In this document: piece after piece, positions 12,943 to 25,326 of the stretch
Numbering within the stretch: the stretch's first letter is position 1
How the letters are laid out: each line of letters starts with the position of its first letter
From: Psammoneis japonica
Lineage: Eukaryota
Direction: 5' to 3'
Assembly: GCA_008632985.1 (NCBI GenBank)
Contig: QPGO01000023.1
Span: 62,001-126,000, forward strand
DNA: 64,000 nt
Notes under the pieces: generated by a model
The model's input: the letters and a program-made list of their open reading frames with translations, nothing else
The model's database searches: none
What the model was told of the DNA's origin: nothing
Made by a program: the position numbers and the translations under genes

Positions 12943-14088
12943 TCAGTAGTCCGCACCTGTTTTGAAAACATAATCTTGGAGGAATAGTGCCGGCGTAAAA
13001 TCAACTTGTTGTGCCATTTTGAAGAACTCATCCCTTGAAATGATACCATCGCCATCAATGTCGAACTCTTTCATCCAACGATAGCAAACTTCCTGTGGCG
13101 TTGCGGGACGGGCAAATCCTGCAAAGGTCTTGGTTAAACGGTACTCTTTCGGAACACCACCGACCGCATGAAGGCGCTTGCAAAAGTTCAATAAATCTCT
13201 CTTGTAAATAAAGCCATTGTTGTCGATATCAATCGAGTTGTAAAACAACTCATGCTTGACACCCTCGTCGTGATCCACGAGCAGAAGCACAGTCAGAGCA
13301 CGATAGAAATCATTAAACGAAATCATACCAGCATTGTCAATGTCCGCCACAGACAGCACAAGCGACAAGGCGGCGTTGGCAGACTCCTTTTGATTCTCGT
13401 CAATCATGGAGTTGTCGTCAATCAATGACTTGATGCTGTCTTGCATTTGCTCTGGCGAAAATTGCAGAGTCAACAAGTCTTCTTCGACCTTGTCCACATT
13501 ATGGCTCGTGGAATGCCTTGTGCTATTCGTAACCAAATACTTGTCACCAATGTATTGAGTAGCATACTATCCGAAGTATCTGCTACCCATGCATCGAAAA
13601 TACGCTTATCCGTGACGACGTAAGCAATCTCTGTTTCCAGAAGCGACGATTGCTCTCGAGTCAGTTTCAACTTTCCCTTTGCTCGAGTACAGCTTCCGCA
13701 ATAGAAGTGATGGCTTCTGCTCCAATCAAGGTTGCAGCAGCACAAGGAATCGATATAACAGGAGCCGTTGGAGCAATATACGAGTACAAGGTCAAACCCA
13801 AAAAGGTTGGAACTCCGTTGTAAGGATCAGCCTGAGAGACCACCTCTGGACGCAACATCATCCATCCTGATGCAGCAGCTACTCCGCCAACAATCCAAGA
13901 CTCATATCCCGCACTGGTACGGGGCATGATGCGAACTCGCTTGTGCTAGTTCCTCTGCGGCAGCGGTGTTTTCCGAGGAGAATAATCTTCGTTGTCGACT
14001 GCGGCTCATTATTCCAATTGGGCGACGAATCGAGACAGCACTTTCATTCGGTTGCTTCTGAGAATTGAAACTCTTACAGTCGTTGTCA
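12943..14088 (-). CDS. EF-hand (calcium-binding) protein with hydrophobic N-terminal part; several frameshifts
   Basis: ORF 12943..13536 has DIDNAGMISFNDF, DIDNNGFIYKRDL and DIDGDGIISRDEF loops. Upstream ORF pieces 13470..13745 and 13667..13927 are in different frames. The 5' end is uncertain. Confidence 0.65.
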
Positions 14089-14449
14089 TAGTAAGGAACA
14101 ACCACAGTGACAGATTAAGTAACAGCAACAGAGAATGGCAAGTTGTCACCAACAGACGTTTTTGTGAGGCCGCATTGTGTTCTTCGTGTTGGATTTGAGC
14201 CTTCGGCTTTGAGCGGGGGGAAGTACGTGTTGATGTTTTGACCAATCAGAATTAAGTAAGCGTCAATTCGTCGTACGTATCCTTAGCCATTGCGCAGAAA
14301 AACGCGCGAAAAAAGCGCGGGAAAAAAGCCGCGCAGCACTTCGCGCCTCGCTTGCAATGGAAGATCGCGATCTTCGATCTCTGACATCGTCACCGACATT
14401 GACACCGTCCTTGACATATGGATAGATTTGTTGTTGACACCGTACGTAT

Positions 14450-14920
14450 TTGAGTCAAAATGCCAAAGGTATCAACACTGAGAAGAACGTTTCAGAAGGA
14501 GGGCTTGTTTTACATGGGACAGAAATCGATTACAGCGACAACGAAGAGCAGCTCGAAATGATCAAGCATCATTATCAACACGAGTTTGGCACAGTACAGC
14601 CCTCGATGGCCGACGTTGCAAAGAGCTTTTGCCCCGACGCAGTCCTTCACCAAGTAATTGACAAAGAACCAGCCTCGTATAATGGAAAGACTGGAGTTGC
14701 AGAAAAGCACGAGGCATTGAATCGATTCTTAGCATCCAAGGACAAGTTTGAAATACAACACGTGACTGTAAAACAAGACCACGCCAAAGTCGAGTGGATG
14801 GCCGACACACTCCAACACGGCAAGGTGCTAGGTACAGATACGTTTACCTTTGACAAAAAGACGCAGCCAAGTCTTATTGTACAGCAAACGACCATGGTCA
14901 AGTCGGAACAGGCATCGTAA
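14450..14920 (+). CDS. SnoaL/NTF2-like fold protein
   Basis: F.PDAVL...Y.G..GV...VEW...GTDTFTFD...IVQQT pattern; start codon uncertain. Confidence 0.65.
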   Translation: MSQNAKGINTEKNVSEGGLVLHGTEIDYSDNEEQLEMIKHHYQHEFGTVQPSMADVAKSFCPDAVLHQVIDKEPASYNGKTGVAEKHEALNRFLASKDKFEIQHVTVKQDHAKVEWMADTLQHGKVLGTDTFTFDKKTQPSLIVQQTTMVKSEQAS

Positions 14921-15993
14921 AGGTAGGGCGAAGCATCGTTTCGCTATAAACTAGAGGGTAATAGGGTACTGCTTGCCCGATGGTGCATCCAGAAAAGGTA
15001 ATAGAGCTCTCAATTGGATGGTACTGTGCATGGGTGCCCCTTAGATGACTTTGAATGGATAAGTTACCGCACTACCGTATTTCCTACATGTCGTTCTGCG
15101 GCGCTCATGCTTTGTGATTGATTCGTTGACTGGAGGCGCTGTCTTTCTTTCTACAAGAATAGAATTGTGTGTGTATGTCAAATCCGTTCAGGCGGTTCTT
15201 TGACTCTTTTATGAAAACCATTCAAATATTTGATGCGACTGTTCCTCTCTATGGTAGCTACTTTAGAGCCATGTGAGCAAGACTCGCGGTACAGCGACGG
15301 TGACTGCAAGATTCATACATTGGTGTAACTAGGTTTGAAGTAGGAGGAATTGGCACTTATGGGTTGTGTCTAGATTTCAAACTATACAAGCCGCCCCCTG
15401 CCACAAGATCATAGGTCAGCACAAGTACTCAAAAAAGTCAGCTGCTCTGTTGTACCCAGGTGTATCCACTTGAATCATGGTATGGAAGGCTAAGATAGTA
15501 TTACTCTCTCTAGTAGGCAGCTTGAGCTACAGTAGTACCGGTAAGCGGTTAGGACTCGAACAAGAACGGTTTTAATTTTGTGCATCGTCACCTGCGGAGA
15601 GCAAGAAAAGCGAACAACTTGTGAAACACTTTTGTCACGGACGATGACCAGAACATTATGTGGTAGCGTCGGTATGATTCTCACGTACATAACCTCCAGT
15701 ACACAAACACCGTAGAGGTCATCGGACAGCGCGGGTCTCCAAAGTCATCCCACTTTTTTCTCTCATTTGCTCTCGGCAAAGACGACGGGGTTTGTAGCGC
15801 GAATCAGAGACCTGCTGTTTGCTGCATCATCCTTTTTACTTCTTCTTATAGAGAGTTCAGTACTGTTGACGTTCTTGTTGTTGTAATTGTTACGCTTTTT
15901 TCGACTTGCGAACGAAAAACGGTGAATCAAAACACACGATAGTCATCATCTTGCATCAGAAATTTTGAGTATTCCTACAATTAGAAAAACACC

Positions 15994-18035
15994 ATGCCAT
16001 CGACACGAGACCCCTTTCCCATGACGAGCACTCAAGCGGAACGCTTAGCTGCCTCTACCGATGATGCTGGTGGCGTCAAGGACTGGCATTCCATGGGAAC
16101 CTCTACGGAAACCAAAGGCCCGACGTTGGACGGAAGTCGCGATGACGCTGCCAATCAGGGACTTGTTTCCTCCAAGAAGAGCAAGAAGAAGAACTTGGAC
16201 GTTCAGGACGAGGCTGACTTGGAGGATGATGGGAACGAATCAGACGAGGACGCCTTTTTGGATCGGCCACTGAGTGACTTTCATGGCTCTGTATGGCAGC
16301 GCTCGTGCAAGTCCTTTCTTCGCAACCTGAACAAGGTCTATGTGCGTTTGTACGGAGACAAGTTGCCTCCGTCGGAAATGCTAAAAACTCTATGTCTGGC
16401 ATCGACTCTTTTCTTTATGATTGGTGGATACTGGTTGCTACGAAGTCTCAAGGACCCCGTTTTGACGGCGCTCTGCGGTGTCACGGTGATTCCCAAGGCA
16501 AAGATGCTCTCTGTTGTGGTGGTGTTGGCTGTGGTTAGCATTTACAATCGACTACTCGATTCGGACATTGCGCGACACAAACTCTTTTATGTCTTTGGCT
16601 CCTTCTACTTTTGCCTGTTCTCCATTATTGCATTTTTGCTCATGGATGACGAGATTGGTTTGGCCAACGAACAACCCGACCCGACTCGATTGTTGGGATG
16701 GATCAGCTACTGCTCAATTGAATCCTTTGGATCCGTCATGGTATCGCTCTTTTGGTCCTTTGCCAACTCGAACTTTTCGTTGGAGACCGCCAAGGCCAGT
16801 TATGGAGTCATGGTGGCCACGGCCCAAGTCGGAAGTATCCTTGGTCCTACCGTGGTGAATCGATACGGTGCGACTTGGGGTCCTGCCAAGTGTTACCTTG
16901 TTGGTGCACTCTGTATGCTCATGCTACAGTTTACCATGTACACCTATATTCGCATTTATGGGGTGGCCGAAGAACAGCAAGGTGAGGGAAAGCCCAAGAA
17001 GAAGAAGGAAAAGGCTGGCGTCTTGGAAGGACTCAAACTATTCTGGGACCATCATTACGTCAAGGGCATTTTCGCCATTTCATGTCTCTTTATGGTTGAA
17101 GTCACCATTGTTGATTACACCATGAAGGTATTGGCGCGAGACTACTTTGCCGACCTGCATCCTTGTCTTGAAGGTATGAGTTGCCACAATCCTTTGACCG
17201 GAGACCACGGCATGTCGCAAGACGCAACCGCCGCCTTTACCACATTTATGGGACTCTTTGGGCAAGCCACCAACACGCTATCCTTCCTCTTGAGCTTGTT
17301 GGGAACGAGTGCGGTGATTCGTTATTTGGGATTGCGCTTGACGCTCCTCTTGTTCCCATCGCTTTGTTTGATTGTCATTATCTTTGTCAGGCTTCATCCG
17401 ACCCTCTACGTTGTCTTTGCAGCCATGATGATGCTCAAGGCTTGTTCCTACGCCTTGAACAATCCCACCAAGGAAATGCTCTACCAACCAACCTCGGCCG
17501 CAGTCAAGTATAAGGCAAAGTCGTGGATTGATATCTTTGGTGCACGTGGAAGCAAGGTAAGACCAAACTCGTCGCATACTACTTGTCGCATCGATGTCGT
17601 GAATATGGTAAAGGGTTCTCACATCTATATCCATCAAATGTTCATTCCTTACTTTCCCTTTAGGCAATGGGCAGTGTTGTGACCAACGCCTTCTCTGATT
17701 CGGCATCGTCCTTGGTTGCAAATGGTAGTTTGGTGGGAATGGCGGTCGCCTCCTTTTTGATTTGGAATGCCCGCTACATGGGAAAGAAATTCGATGAATA
17801 CACCGAAAGCGGATACATTGTCGGAGGTGACAATGATGAGTATAACCAAATGGACAATGAAGAGAAGAACTTGGAAATGGCCATGGTGCAGAACGAAGAC
17901 AAGGATACGAGTTGTGCCATTGCCGATGACACCGAGGTTGGGCCGGAAGAAGAAGGACAGTCCGTTGATGGTAGTGCTACCAGCCGAGGCAGCGATACGG
18001 ACAGCAAAGGAGACGCTCGAATACAAATGGTTTAG
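15994..18035 (+). CDS. Nucleotide transporter of the NTT/TLC ATP/ADP translocase family
   Basis: [17 protein letters not shown] and [14 protein letters not shown]...[17 protein letters not shown] motifs; multiple TM helices; intron 17557..17663. Confidence 0.92.
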
Positions 18036-19363
18036 ACGTTAGTCGACGCTTACTACTTGAGAATGATTGATTGGAGACCACCTACTCCATTCTCTTATGC
18101 GCGATGAGGCATACAAGGTGCAGAAAGATACTGTAGAGAATGATAAGCTCTTCTGAGGATTTATCAAGTATTTGATTGACTACTACTAGCGCAACGATAG
18201 TCTCTTTAGTACCAACTAGGTTTTGCAGGGACAACACTACGACCTCCTTGTAGTGGCAAACTGCAAAGACACCTATGATTGGATAGCAGTGAATGCTTAT
18301 TATGCGGGTACTGGTGTTAGCGTGAAGGCATCGGAAGAAGATGTAGCCACGGCAACGGAGTAAGCGCGACAATTCATGGAAGGCCTGCTTGACCTGACAA
18401 TGAACGACGAATCTCCAAACGTGTCCAATAATGACCGCCGTATGGATAATGAGGTCAAAGTAGTAGAGGTCATGAGATCAAAGCGCCGGCATTGGCCGGC
18501 ATATGGATGGTAACCGGGGATACATTGACAAGCGCAAAAGGGTAGGTTTACCTATTCCAGTCCGCGAGTTGAAGAAGCCAGTACTTAAATTCTCCCTGAA
18601 AGAATGGACATTCCCCAAGTATCCAGATCCTTGGCTTGTTGCGATGAAAGGGTCCATCAATCTATTCTACGAGGTAAGCGGTCAGTTGCAAGCTTCGTCC
18701 GGAGTGCACGATTTCGTCGAAGGGGGCTCTGAAAGTAGTAGTGGCGACTTTGTCGTTGGGGTGATAGCGGCAATTCTCCGCTCACACTACACGCCTTTGG
18801 AAATTGAGATTGCGCACGGTGATGCCGACAATGTCTCGGTTATGAGTGATCAACGAATCTCCGCCACCTAGTGACGATGTCTCGACGGTCAGTGGCAAAC
18901 AAAGTCCCACACCCCCAATGGATGCGCCGTAGAAATGGTCACAGGGCACTATTGACAGAAACAGAAAAGAACATAATATATGTGGACGGGTGCGACTCTC
19001 CGTCATGCTCCAGAATACAGTAGCACTACAATTTCTTGGCAACATAGTATCTTTCTTTAATACTGACGTGAAGCCAGCTGACCGCTTTCCTTTCGTGCAG
19101 CACTAGATGACCGTGTCGAGACTCGCTAGTGGTGTTCAACGCTCGGGGTTACCGATGTCCAAAAGAGACACAGGTACAACACGAGATAAGCAATAGCGAA
19201 GGGGTATTTTTAATGAAACAAGTGAATGTACTAGTACGGGCTTGTTTGCCCCGAGTCATCTTTCTCGTCGGAAGAGGGGGGATGAACCCCGGCAATAAAA
19301 GTAGTCTAGGACATTGGCAGTTGAAAATGCAGAGCACTTCGTTGATCAAGTAGAATGCAAATA

Positions 19364-22300
19364 CTAATCGCATAATGAAGACGTGATCGGAACCCCGACG
19401 TCCATGCAATAGTCATTCTCAATCGCCCAGCGTATTTGAGCACCTCCGTTTCGTCGATAGTCGCTGGTACACATGGATTCTTTCTCACTACTGCTGAGAA
19501 TGGGATTCATATCCATGTAGCAAACGGTGTTCTTCCCTCCCAGAATGCAGCCAGTACCTCCGCCATCGGCATTTGGAGCAACGCCATCCCCAAGCCCTGG
19601 GCGTGGTCGGCCCTTGGCATACCAATCACACGCACCTTCCTTGCCCACATTATCATACACATAGCAGTAGTCACCGATCCTGTCTGTGTTACTCGCATCA
19701 TGTGCAAGATCAAAGAGCTCAGTGTTGCTGAGGCCAAGTAATGTTTCCTTGCAGGTAACACATTCATTCGTATGGCATTTTTCATTTTGATCGCTTCGGC
19801 ATTCATCGTCACTGCAGCATTCATGGCGACACTCACAACTACCAGAGTCGCCACATTTAAAGTCCGAAGCACATTGATCGTCGGTACAGCATTCACTTTG
19901 ACAGACACATACGTTTTCCAAGCAGTCCGCGACCCCGTCACACTCGCTGTCGCTGCAGCATTCGTTGGAGTCAGAACAGACGCACTCTTTACTTGACGAG
20001 CACTCGTATCCTGCCGAAAAGTCGCAGTCACCATTGTCGCAGCACTCGTGGCGACACTCACAACTACCAGAGTCGCCACATTTGAAGTCTGAAGAACATT
20101 GGTCATCGGTACAGCATTCACTTTGACAGACACATGTGTTTTCCAAGCAGTCCGCGCCCCCGTCACACTCGCTGTCGCTGCAGCATTCGTTGGAGTCAGA
20201 ACACACGCACTGTTTACTTGACGAACACTCGTATCCTGCCGAAACGTCGCAGTCAGAATTGCCGCAGCACTCGTGACGACACTCACAACTACCAGAGTCG
20301 CCACATTTGAAGTCCGACTGGCACTCCTCGTCACTGCAGCATTCGCTTCGACATATGCAAGCGTTGTTTGAACACTGTTTGCCTCCACTACACTCACTGT
20401 CTTTGCAGCATTCGTTGGAGTCAGAGCAAACGCATTCTTTGCTTGACGAGCACTCATATCCCGTCGAAACGTCGCAGTCAGAATTGCCGCAGCACTCATG
20501 ACGACACTGACAACTACCTGAAACGCATTGAAAGTCTGACGGGCACTCTTCGTCACCACAGCATTCTCCTTGACAAACACAAGCATTGTCTGAGCATTTC
20601 TTGCCCCCATCACACTGGCTGTCATTGCAACATTCATAGCTGTCAGAACAGACGCACTCATTTCCTCCCGAGCACTCATATCCCGCCGAAACATCGCAGT
20701 CCGAGTCGCCGCAGCAATCATAGCGACACTGACAACTACCTGAAACGCATTGAAAGTCTGACGGGCACTCTTCGTCACCACAGCATTCTCCTTGACAAAC
20801 ACAAGCATTGTCTGAGCATTTCTTGCCCCCGTCACACTGGCTGTCATTGCAACATTCATAGCTGTCAGAACAGACGCACTCATTTCCTCCCGAGCACTCA
20901 TATCCCGCCGAAACATCGCAGTCCGAGTCGCCGCAGCAATCATAGCGACACTGACAACTACCTGAAACGCATTGAAAGTCTGACGGGCACTCTTCGTCAC
21001 CACAGCATTCTCCTTGACAAACACAAGCATTGTCTGAGCATTTCTTGCCCCCGTCACACTGGCTGTCATTGCAACATTCATAGCTGTCAGTACAGACGCA
21101 CTCATTTCCTCCCGAGCATTCGTATCCCGCCGAAACGTCGCAGTCAGTATTGCCGCAGCACTCATGGCGACACTCACAATTACCAGAGTCGCCGCACACA
21201 AAGTCTGAAGCGCAATCACTATTGCTACAGCACTCGTGGGGACAGACGCATTTGCCTGGATCTTGGCATTCGTAACCTGGGGAGCATTCCTCATCAATGC
21301 AGCACTCCTTCGTTTTACACACCGGAATGCATTTACATTCGACGCAAACATCGGCTCCAGCACAATCACTATCGCCAGTGGGACATTCACAGCCTATCAC
21401 ACATTGATTACCGTCCGAACAATACTCATTACTTTCGCAATCTCCAGAGCCGCAACATTCGTGGGGGCAGACACAATCGCCACCTTCTTTACATTCATAG
21501 TTTTGAGGACAATCCAAGTCACTGCAGCAGTCTTGAGCTTCACATGCAGGGACGCATTTACAATCAATGCATGTTTCATTCTGTGGGCAGTCGCCAACCT
21601 GGCATTCGCAGACCGGTATGCATTCATTGCTATCCGAGCACTCGTAGCCCGTCGAACATTCATCGTTGCCGCAGCATTCAAAGGCGCAGGAGACAGGAAT
21701 ACAGGCGCCAACCTTGCAGTCACAGGTCTCGCCGTCTGCACAGTCATCCGCTACTACGCAATGTACGCATTTGCCAAATGCGCAGCTCTTGTTGTTCGAG
21801 CAAAACATGTCTCCGGTACAGTCGGAATCGCAGCTTTGAAAGTCAATAATGTCACTACCAATGGAGAAATCATGCTGCGCCTTGTCGGAGAAGTCGCCTG
21901 ATTCATCAATAACGAGCTTGCTGAGATCTGTTGCGTCCCGACTATCAAAGATTCGGTAGTACCCACCGTTGATTCCGTCGCCTCCTGTATCGAAGATGGT
22001 AAACTTGCACTCGGATCCACTAGGAATATCGACCCGCGTTGTAACCAGACTGGAGACCCTTCCACTGTAAGTACCTGGCGGAACGGAAAAGACTTCCGAT
22101 TTGGTTTCCAACACCCACCCGGTCTCTTCAGGACGTTCATCTAGCTGAATCACAACTGTTGCAGTTGTCATTTCTTCATCCGGCTTCCTCCCAACGAGTA
22201 CGGCGACTACAGCGCCCAGCGCAGCCAGCAAAACGAAAATGGTTATGACCACCAGCATCCTTTTCCAACGACACTTTCGCGTGTCTCCTCCGTCGATGCC

Positions 22301-22960
22301 TTTGCCAACGTTCTGGTTCTCGTCCGTAGCAGCCACAGCCTCCACGGGGACAGCCGATTCCGCCAGGACTTGACGAATCTGGGCATTAATGTCTTCAACA
22401 TGCATATGTTGATCTTCAACAAGCTCCGCATTGACCGGACTCATCATTGACGGATCATTAGCAGGGACTACAGTGCTTGCAACTGCAATAGTCCCAGCAT
22501 CAACCTGTCGATCCTGAACGTTGCCTTCTCGCACTGCGTAGGCTCCCGGGTGCGATTCCGGTGGAGCGGGATTCATGACCCTCCCTGACTCAATGTCTTC
22601 ATTCTCGCTCATTGATTGCGTCATGGCATTGCTTGAATGGCCACGATAGCCCGAATACCGGTATTTCTTCTTCTCGTCGCGGCTGATAGCTTTGCATGAT
22701 GCTTGTTCTTGATTGCTGTCACTACTTGTCTTCATGTTTTCCTTTTGAGCGTCAAGGTCATACTCGCCATTGCAGATAGCCTCGATTGCGCTGTCCAAGT
22801 CGTCTTCGTGTTGAGAAAGGATAGATCCCAAATCATCCAAGGGTATCTCCTCAAAGAGATCCGCGAGGATGAGAAGTCTGGGACGTTGCTTCTTGGATTC
22901 ATTGCTTGCGTTTGCTTTGTCCACTGCAGACGAAAAGTCGGTGGCATCAGATTTCTCCAT
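19364..22960 (-). CDS. Type II membrane protein with a long extracellular Cys-rich repeat region (1198 aa)
   Basis: Single ORF. CUE-like N-terminal segment, TM helix MLVVITIFVLLAALGAVVAVLV, a short beta-rich domain, then many CC..D..C....C....C repeats. Confidence 0.88.
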   Translation of the reverse strand: MEKSDATDFSSAVDKANASNESKKQRPRLLILADLFEEIPLDDLGSILSQHEDDLDSAIEAICNGEYDLDAQKENMKTSSDSNQEQASCKAISRDEKKKYRYSGYRGHSSNAMTQSMSENEDIESGRVMNPAPPESHPGAYAVREGNVQDRQVDAGTIAVASTVVPANDPSMMSPVNAELVEDQHMHVEDINAQIRQVLAESAVPVEAVAATDENQNVGKGIDGGDTRKCRWKRMLVVITIFVLLAALGAVVAVLVGRKPDEEMTTATVVIQLDERPEETGWVLETKSEVFSVPPGTYSGRVSSLVTTRVDIPSGSECKFTIFDTGGDGINGGYYRIFDSRDATDLSKLVIDESGDFSDKAQHDFSIGSDIIDFQSCDSDCTGDMFCSNNKSCAFGKCVHCVVADDCADGETCDCKVGACIPVSCAFECCGNDECSTGYECSDSNECIPVCECQVGDCPQNETCIDCKCVPACEAQDCCSDLDCPQNYECKEGGDCVCPHECCGSGDCESNEYCSDGNQCVIGCECPTGDSDCAGADVCVECKCIPVCKTKECCIDEECSPGYECQDPGKCVCPHECCSNSDCASDFVCGDSGNCECRHECCGNTDCDVSAGYECSGGNECVCTDSYECCNDSQCDGGKKCSDNACVCQGECCGDEECPSDFQCVSGSCQCRYDCCGDSDCDVSAGYECSGGNECVCSDSYECCNDSQCDGGKKCSDNACVCQGECCGDEECPSDFQCVSGSCQCRYDCCGDSDCDVSAGYECSGGNECVCSDSYECCNDSQCDGGKKCSDNACVCQGECCGDEECPSDFQCVSGSCQCRHECCGNSDCDVSTGYECSSSKECVCSDSNECCKDSECSGGKQCSNNACICRSECCSDEECQSDFKCGDSGSCECRHECCGNSDCDVSAGYECSSSKQCVCSDSNECCSDSECDGGADCLENTCVCQSECCTDDQCSSDFKCGDSGSCECRHECCDNGDCDFSAGYECSSSKECVCSDSNECCSDSECDGVADCLENVCVCQSECCTDDQCASDFKCGDSGSCECRHECCSDDECRSDQNEKCHTNECVTCKETLLGLSNTELFDLAHDASNTDRIGDYCYVYDNVGKEGACDWYAKGRPRPGLGDGVAPNADGGGTGCILGGKNTVCYMDMNPILSSSEKESMCTSDYRRNGGAQIRWAIENDYCMDVGVPITSSLCD
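20480..21150. repeat. Near-identical 222-bp (74-codon) intragenic tandem repeats, about 3 copies
   Basis: AAACGCATTGAAAGTCTGAC recurs at 20521, 20743 and 20965. Confidence 0.9.
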
Positions 22961-23691
22961 CTGTAGCTACTAGAAGTATGTTTTTTTTCTTCTTACAGTT
23001 TCTGCGGACGAAGTGGAAACGTTCCATGCATCAAACATACCATTGAGAAACCCATAGAAAGGAGCCATCACGCTGACAGCTTTCAACAAACACTGGACAC
23101 GACGATGATATCCACGGAGCTTACCATTGCCTATCTTCAAAGTTGGATTTTATGGTAGCCCTGCGGTCCCGCCAAAAAAATGGAAATCGTGATTGCCGTC
23201 GCGTTTTCTGCAGTGAGGGTTCGCATCGTGATATATGGTTGATGCCTGATTGATAATTTATGGGGGCCTGTGCTGCCGTCAATTCGCGATCAAAATTTGC
23301 CATAGCGAGAACCGAACGGTAACGCTTGTTTTCTTCGAAATTTCCCCGTTGACGATGCTCCATTGACTTATGATCAATCTGTTGCCGTGTCGACAGAACT
23401 ATTTCGTAAGGTCGTCGTAACTTGAACCTTCAACTGTATAGAAATCAGGCGGACAAACCAGAAGAGATTTTCTTGAAGAGCTGATTGCTTTTTGACATTG
23501 CCGGTTCTACACCATGCTCCACATCGTCTCCATTACATCGGGTGTATCGGTAACGATCCTCGTTTGGCGGGTAAATCGTGTCGTTGCCGTCATCACTGTG
23601 AAACATGAGCGATATTTCTGAACGAAGCCAGAGTCGTGTGAAGGATTGCACTCTACCCCATGCATGAGAAACCAGTGAGCGCAATGCTGTT

Positions 23692-25023
23692 TTAGCTGTA
23701 AGTTTCCCAAAGATAATGATTCATGCATTCCGCCGGTGATACCATTAGGTTGGATCGAGAATGTGCTTCGCCGCCACATTGTTTCTGAAGATCCTCAGCA
23801 ACTCGACTCCTCGGCCGTAAAAAGAAGGGTGCGCTCGTTCTAGGACTGCTATTCTTGTGAGAATGAACAACCACCCGATGTACAGCTGCGGGGATCTCTC
23901 CATTTGTGAGAATCTCAAGCCACTTGCCAGCCATGACAACTACATACCGAGAGTTATCCTTGTCGAGCGCATGAGCAGTTTCTTCTGGGCGAATCCATGC
24001 CTGATCCAATGAGCTCCATACTTCTAGCCCCGAGACTGCAGCCACAGGGACTATTGTAACTAGTGTCCAATCAGTATGGCTTCGGAGCGTCTCTGTTACA
24101 TTATATGGACCACTCAGGTACTGACATAGTCGATGGACCGAACAACTCCACGGCGTGTCGTCAACTCCAAAGTCATCGTCGCTTTGACTCCCACTGTCAA
24201 TGATGGTGTCTAGCATTCTCTCTGTTCTGTCTTTGCTCTTTGTATATAAAGGTAACACTGCATGAACAGTGCTTGTCGCAACATTCAACAACAGATCAAA
24301 AGCACGTTCAGCTGCCCTCGCGCCGTCCTCACCCAGAACGGCTACAAGTGACGAATCCTTTTCGTCCCCCGCAAGAGATAAGGATGCATCTCGTCGTCGC
24401 ATGGACGTCTCAATATAATGGTATCCGGTTTTCTTTTTACCCGGCTGGTTCTCCCGAGCAAGAATCTGCCTTCGAATCCAAGATTTCGTGCTCTCGTCAT
24501 GATCATCAGACGAAAATGAAATGCTGTGGAAGCATCTGGACCACATCTTCGCCATAATGGTTTCTCCACCTGATTGATTACTTTTTCCGAGGTCAAAAAT
24601 GATGTATCCTCCATTTTCCTGTAGACACTTTGCAAGTGCTGCGCACTGATCGCTCTCGTGATGGATGGTTGCTTGTTGAATCGCTTCCAACGTGACTACT
24701 GCGGTTCTTCTCAGGCAATCTTCACTCACAGTCAAGCCCTTATCACCAAGAGCACTCGATTGTTGCGACTCGATTATTCTTTGTTGCACCGAGTTTTCAA
24801 ATTGTCCAAAAATGGATCGCTGCTGCTGTGCCTGCAACGTTGTGGTGCTGATCTTTGGATAGCAACACGTTATTGCAAACGAAGATTGAAAGGCCGATAC
24901 TTGACCAACAAAATAGCATACGCGGATTAAAATTATAGGTGAGCACAGAAGGAGCAAGTGGTTAGCCATCGGCGTAGTTAATCTCCTACAACTTGTGCTA
25001 CCGTATATGCGATGCATGCTCAT
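23692..25023 (-). CDS. 2-oxoglutarate/Fe(II)-dependent oxygenase (IPNS-like family)
   Basis: HTD iron motif (LRSHTDWTLVT), GKWLEILTNG...AAVHRVV and RTSAPFFLRP (RxS); N-terminal signal/transit-like segment. Confidence 0.88.
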   Translation of the reverse strand: MSMHRIYGSTSCRRLTTPMANHLLLLCSPIILIRVCYFVGQVSAFQSSFAITCCYPKISTTTLQAQQQRSIFGQFENSVQQRIIESQQSSALGDKGLTVSEDCLRRTAVVTLEAIQQATIHHESDQCAALAKCLQENGGYIIFDLGKSNQSGGETIMAKMWSRCFHSISFSSDDHDESTKSWIRRQILARENQPGKKKTGYHYIETSMRRRDASLSLAGDEKDSSLVAVLGEDGARAAERAFDLLLNVATSTVHAVLPLYTKSKDRTERMLDTIIDSGSQSDDDFGVDDTPWSCSVHRLCQYLSGPYNVTETLRSHTDWTLVTIVPVAAVSGLEVWSSLDQAWIRPEETAHALDKDNSRYVVVMAGKWLEILTNGEIPAAVHRVVVHSHKNSSPRTSAPFFLRPRSRVAEDLQKQCGGEAHSRSNLMVSPAECMNHYLWETYS

Positions 25024-25326
25024 CGTTTCAATAAAATATTCATCTCAAATAATCTCCCTCAGAGATCTGGACGTCGTACGACGTTATTCCCAATGTTAGT
25101 ACTTTGTCGTGGTTTTTCAGCCATCATGTTTATGTATGCGGTGCCCGTTGCGCAGCAGTGACATGTCATTTCGAAAAGCAAAAAGTCAATTGTGGATCGC
25201 TCTCAAGTAGAGCGCAATCGAAAGCAATAAGGGCGACCAGAGGCGACAGACAGGGAAAGTGCCGCAGGTGCAGGAGGTCGGTTCTTGTTAGATTCTTTTT
25301 TATTAAGAGACTTGATACACTTGAAC

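Noticed and set aside
19507..21849. 627-aa and 493-aa ORFs overlapping the Cys-rich gene
   Set aside because: Shadow frames of a repetitive coding sequence.
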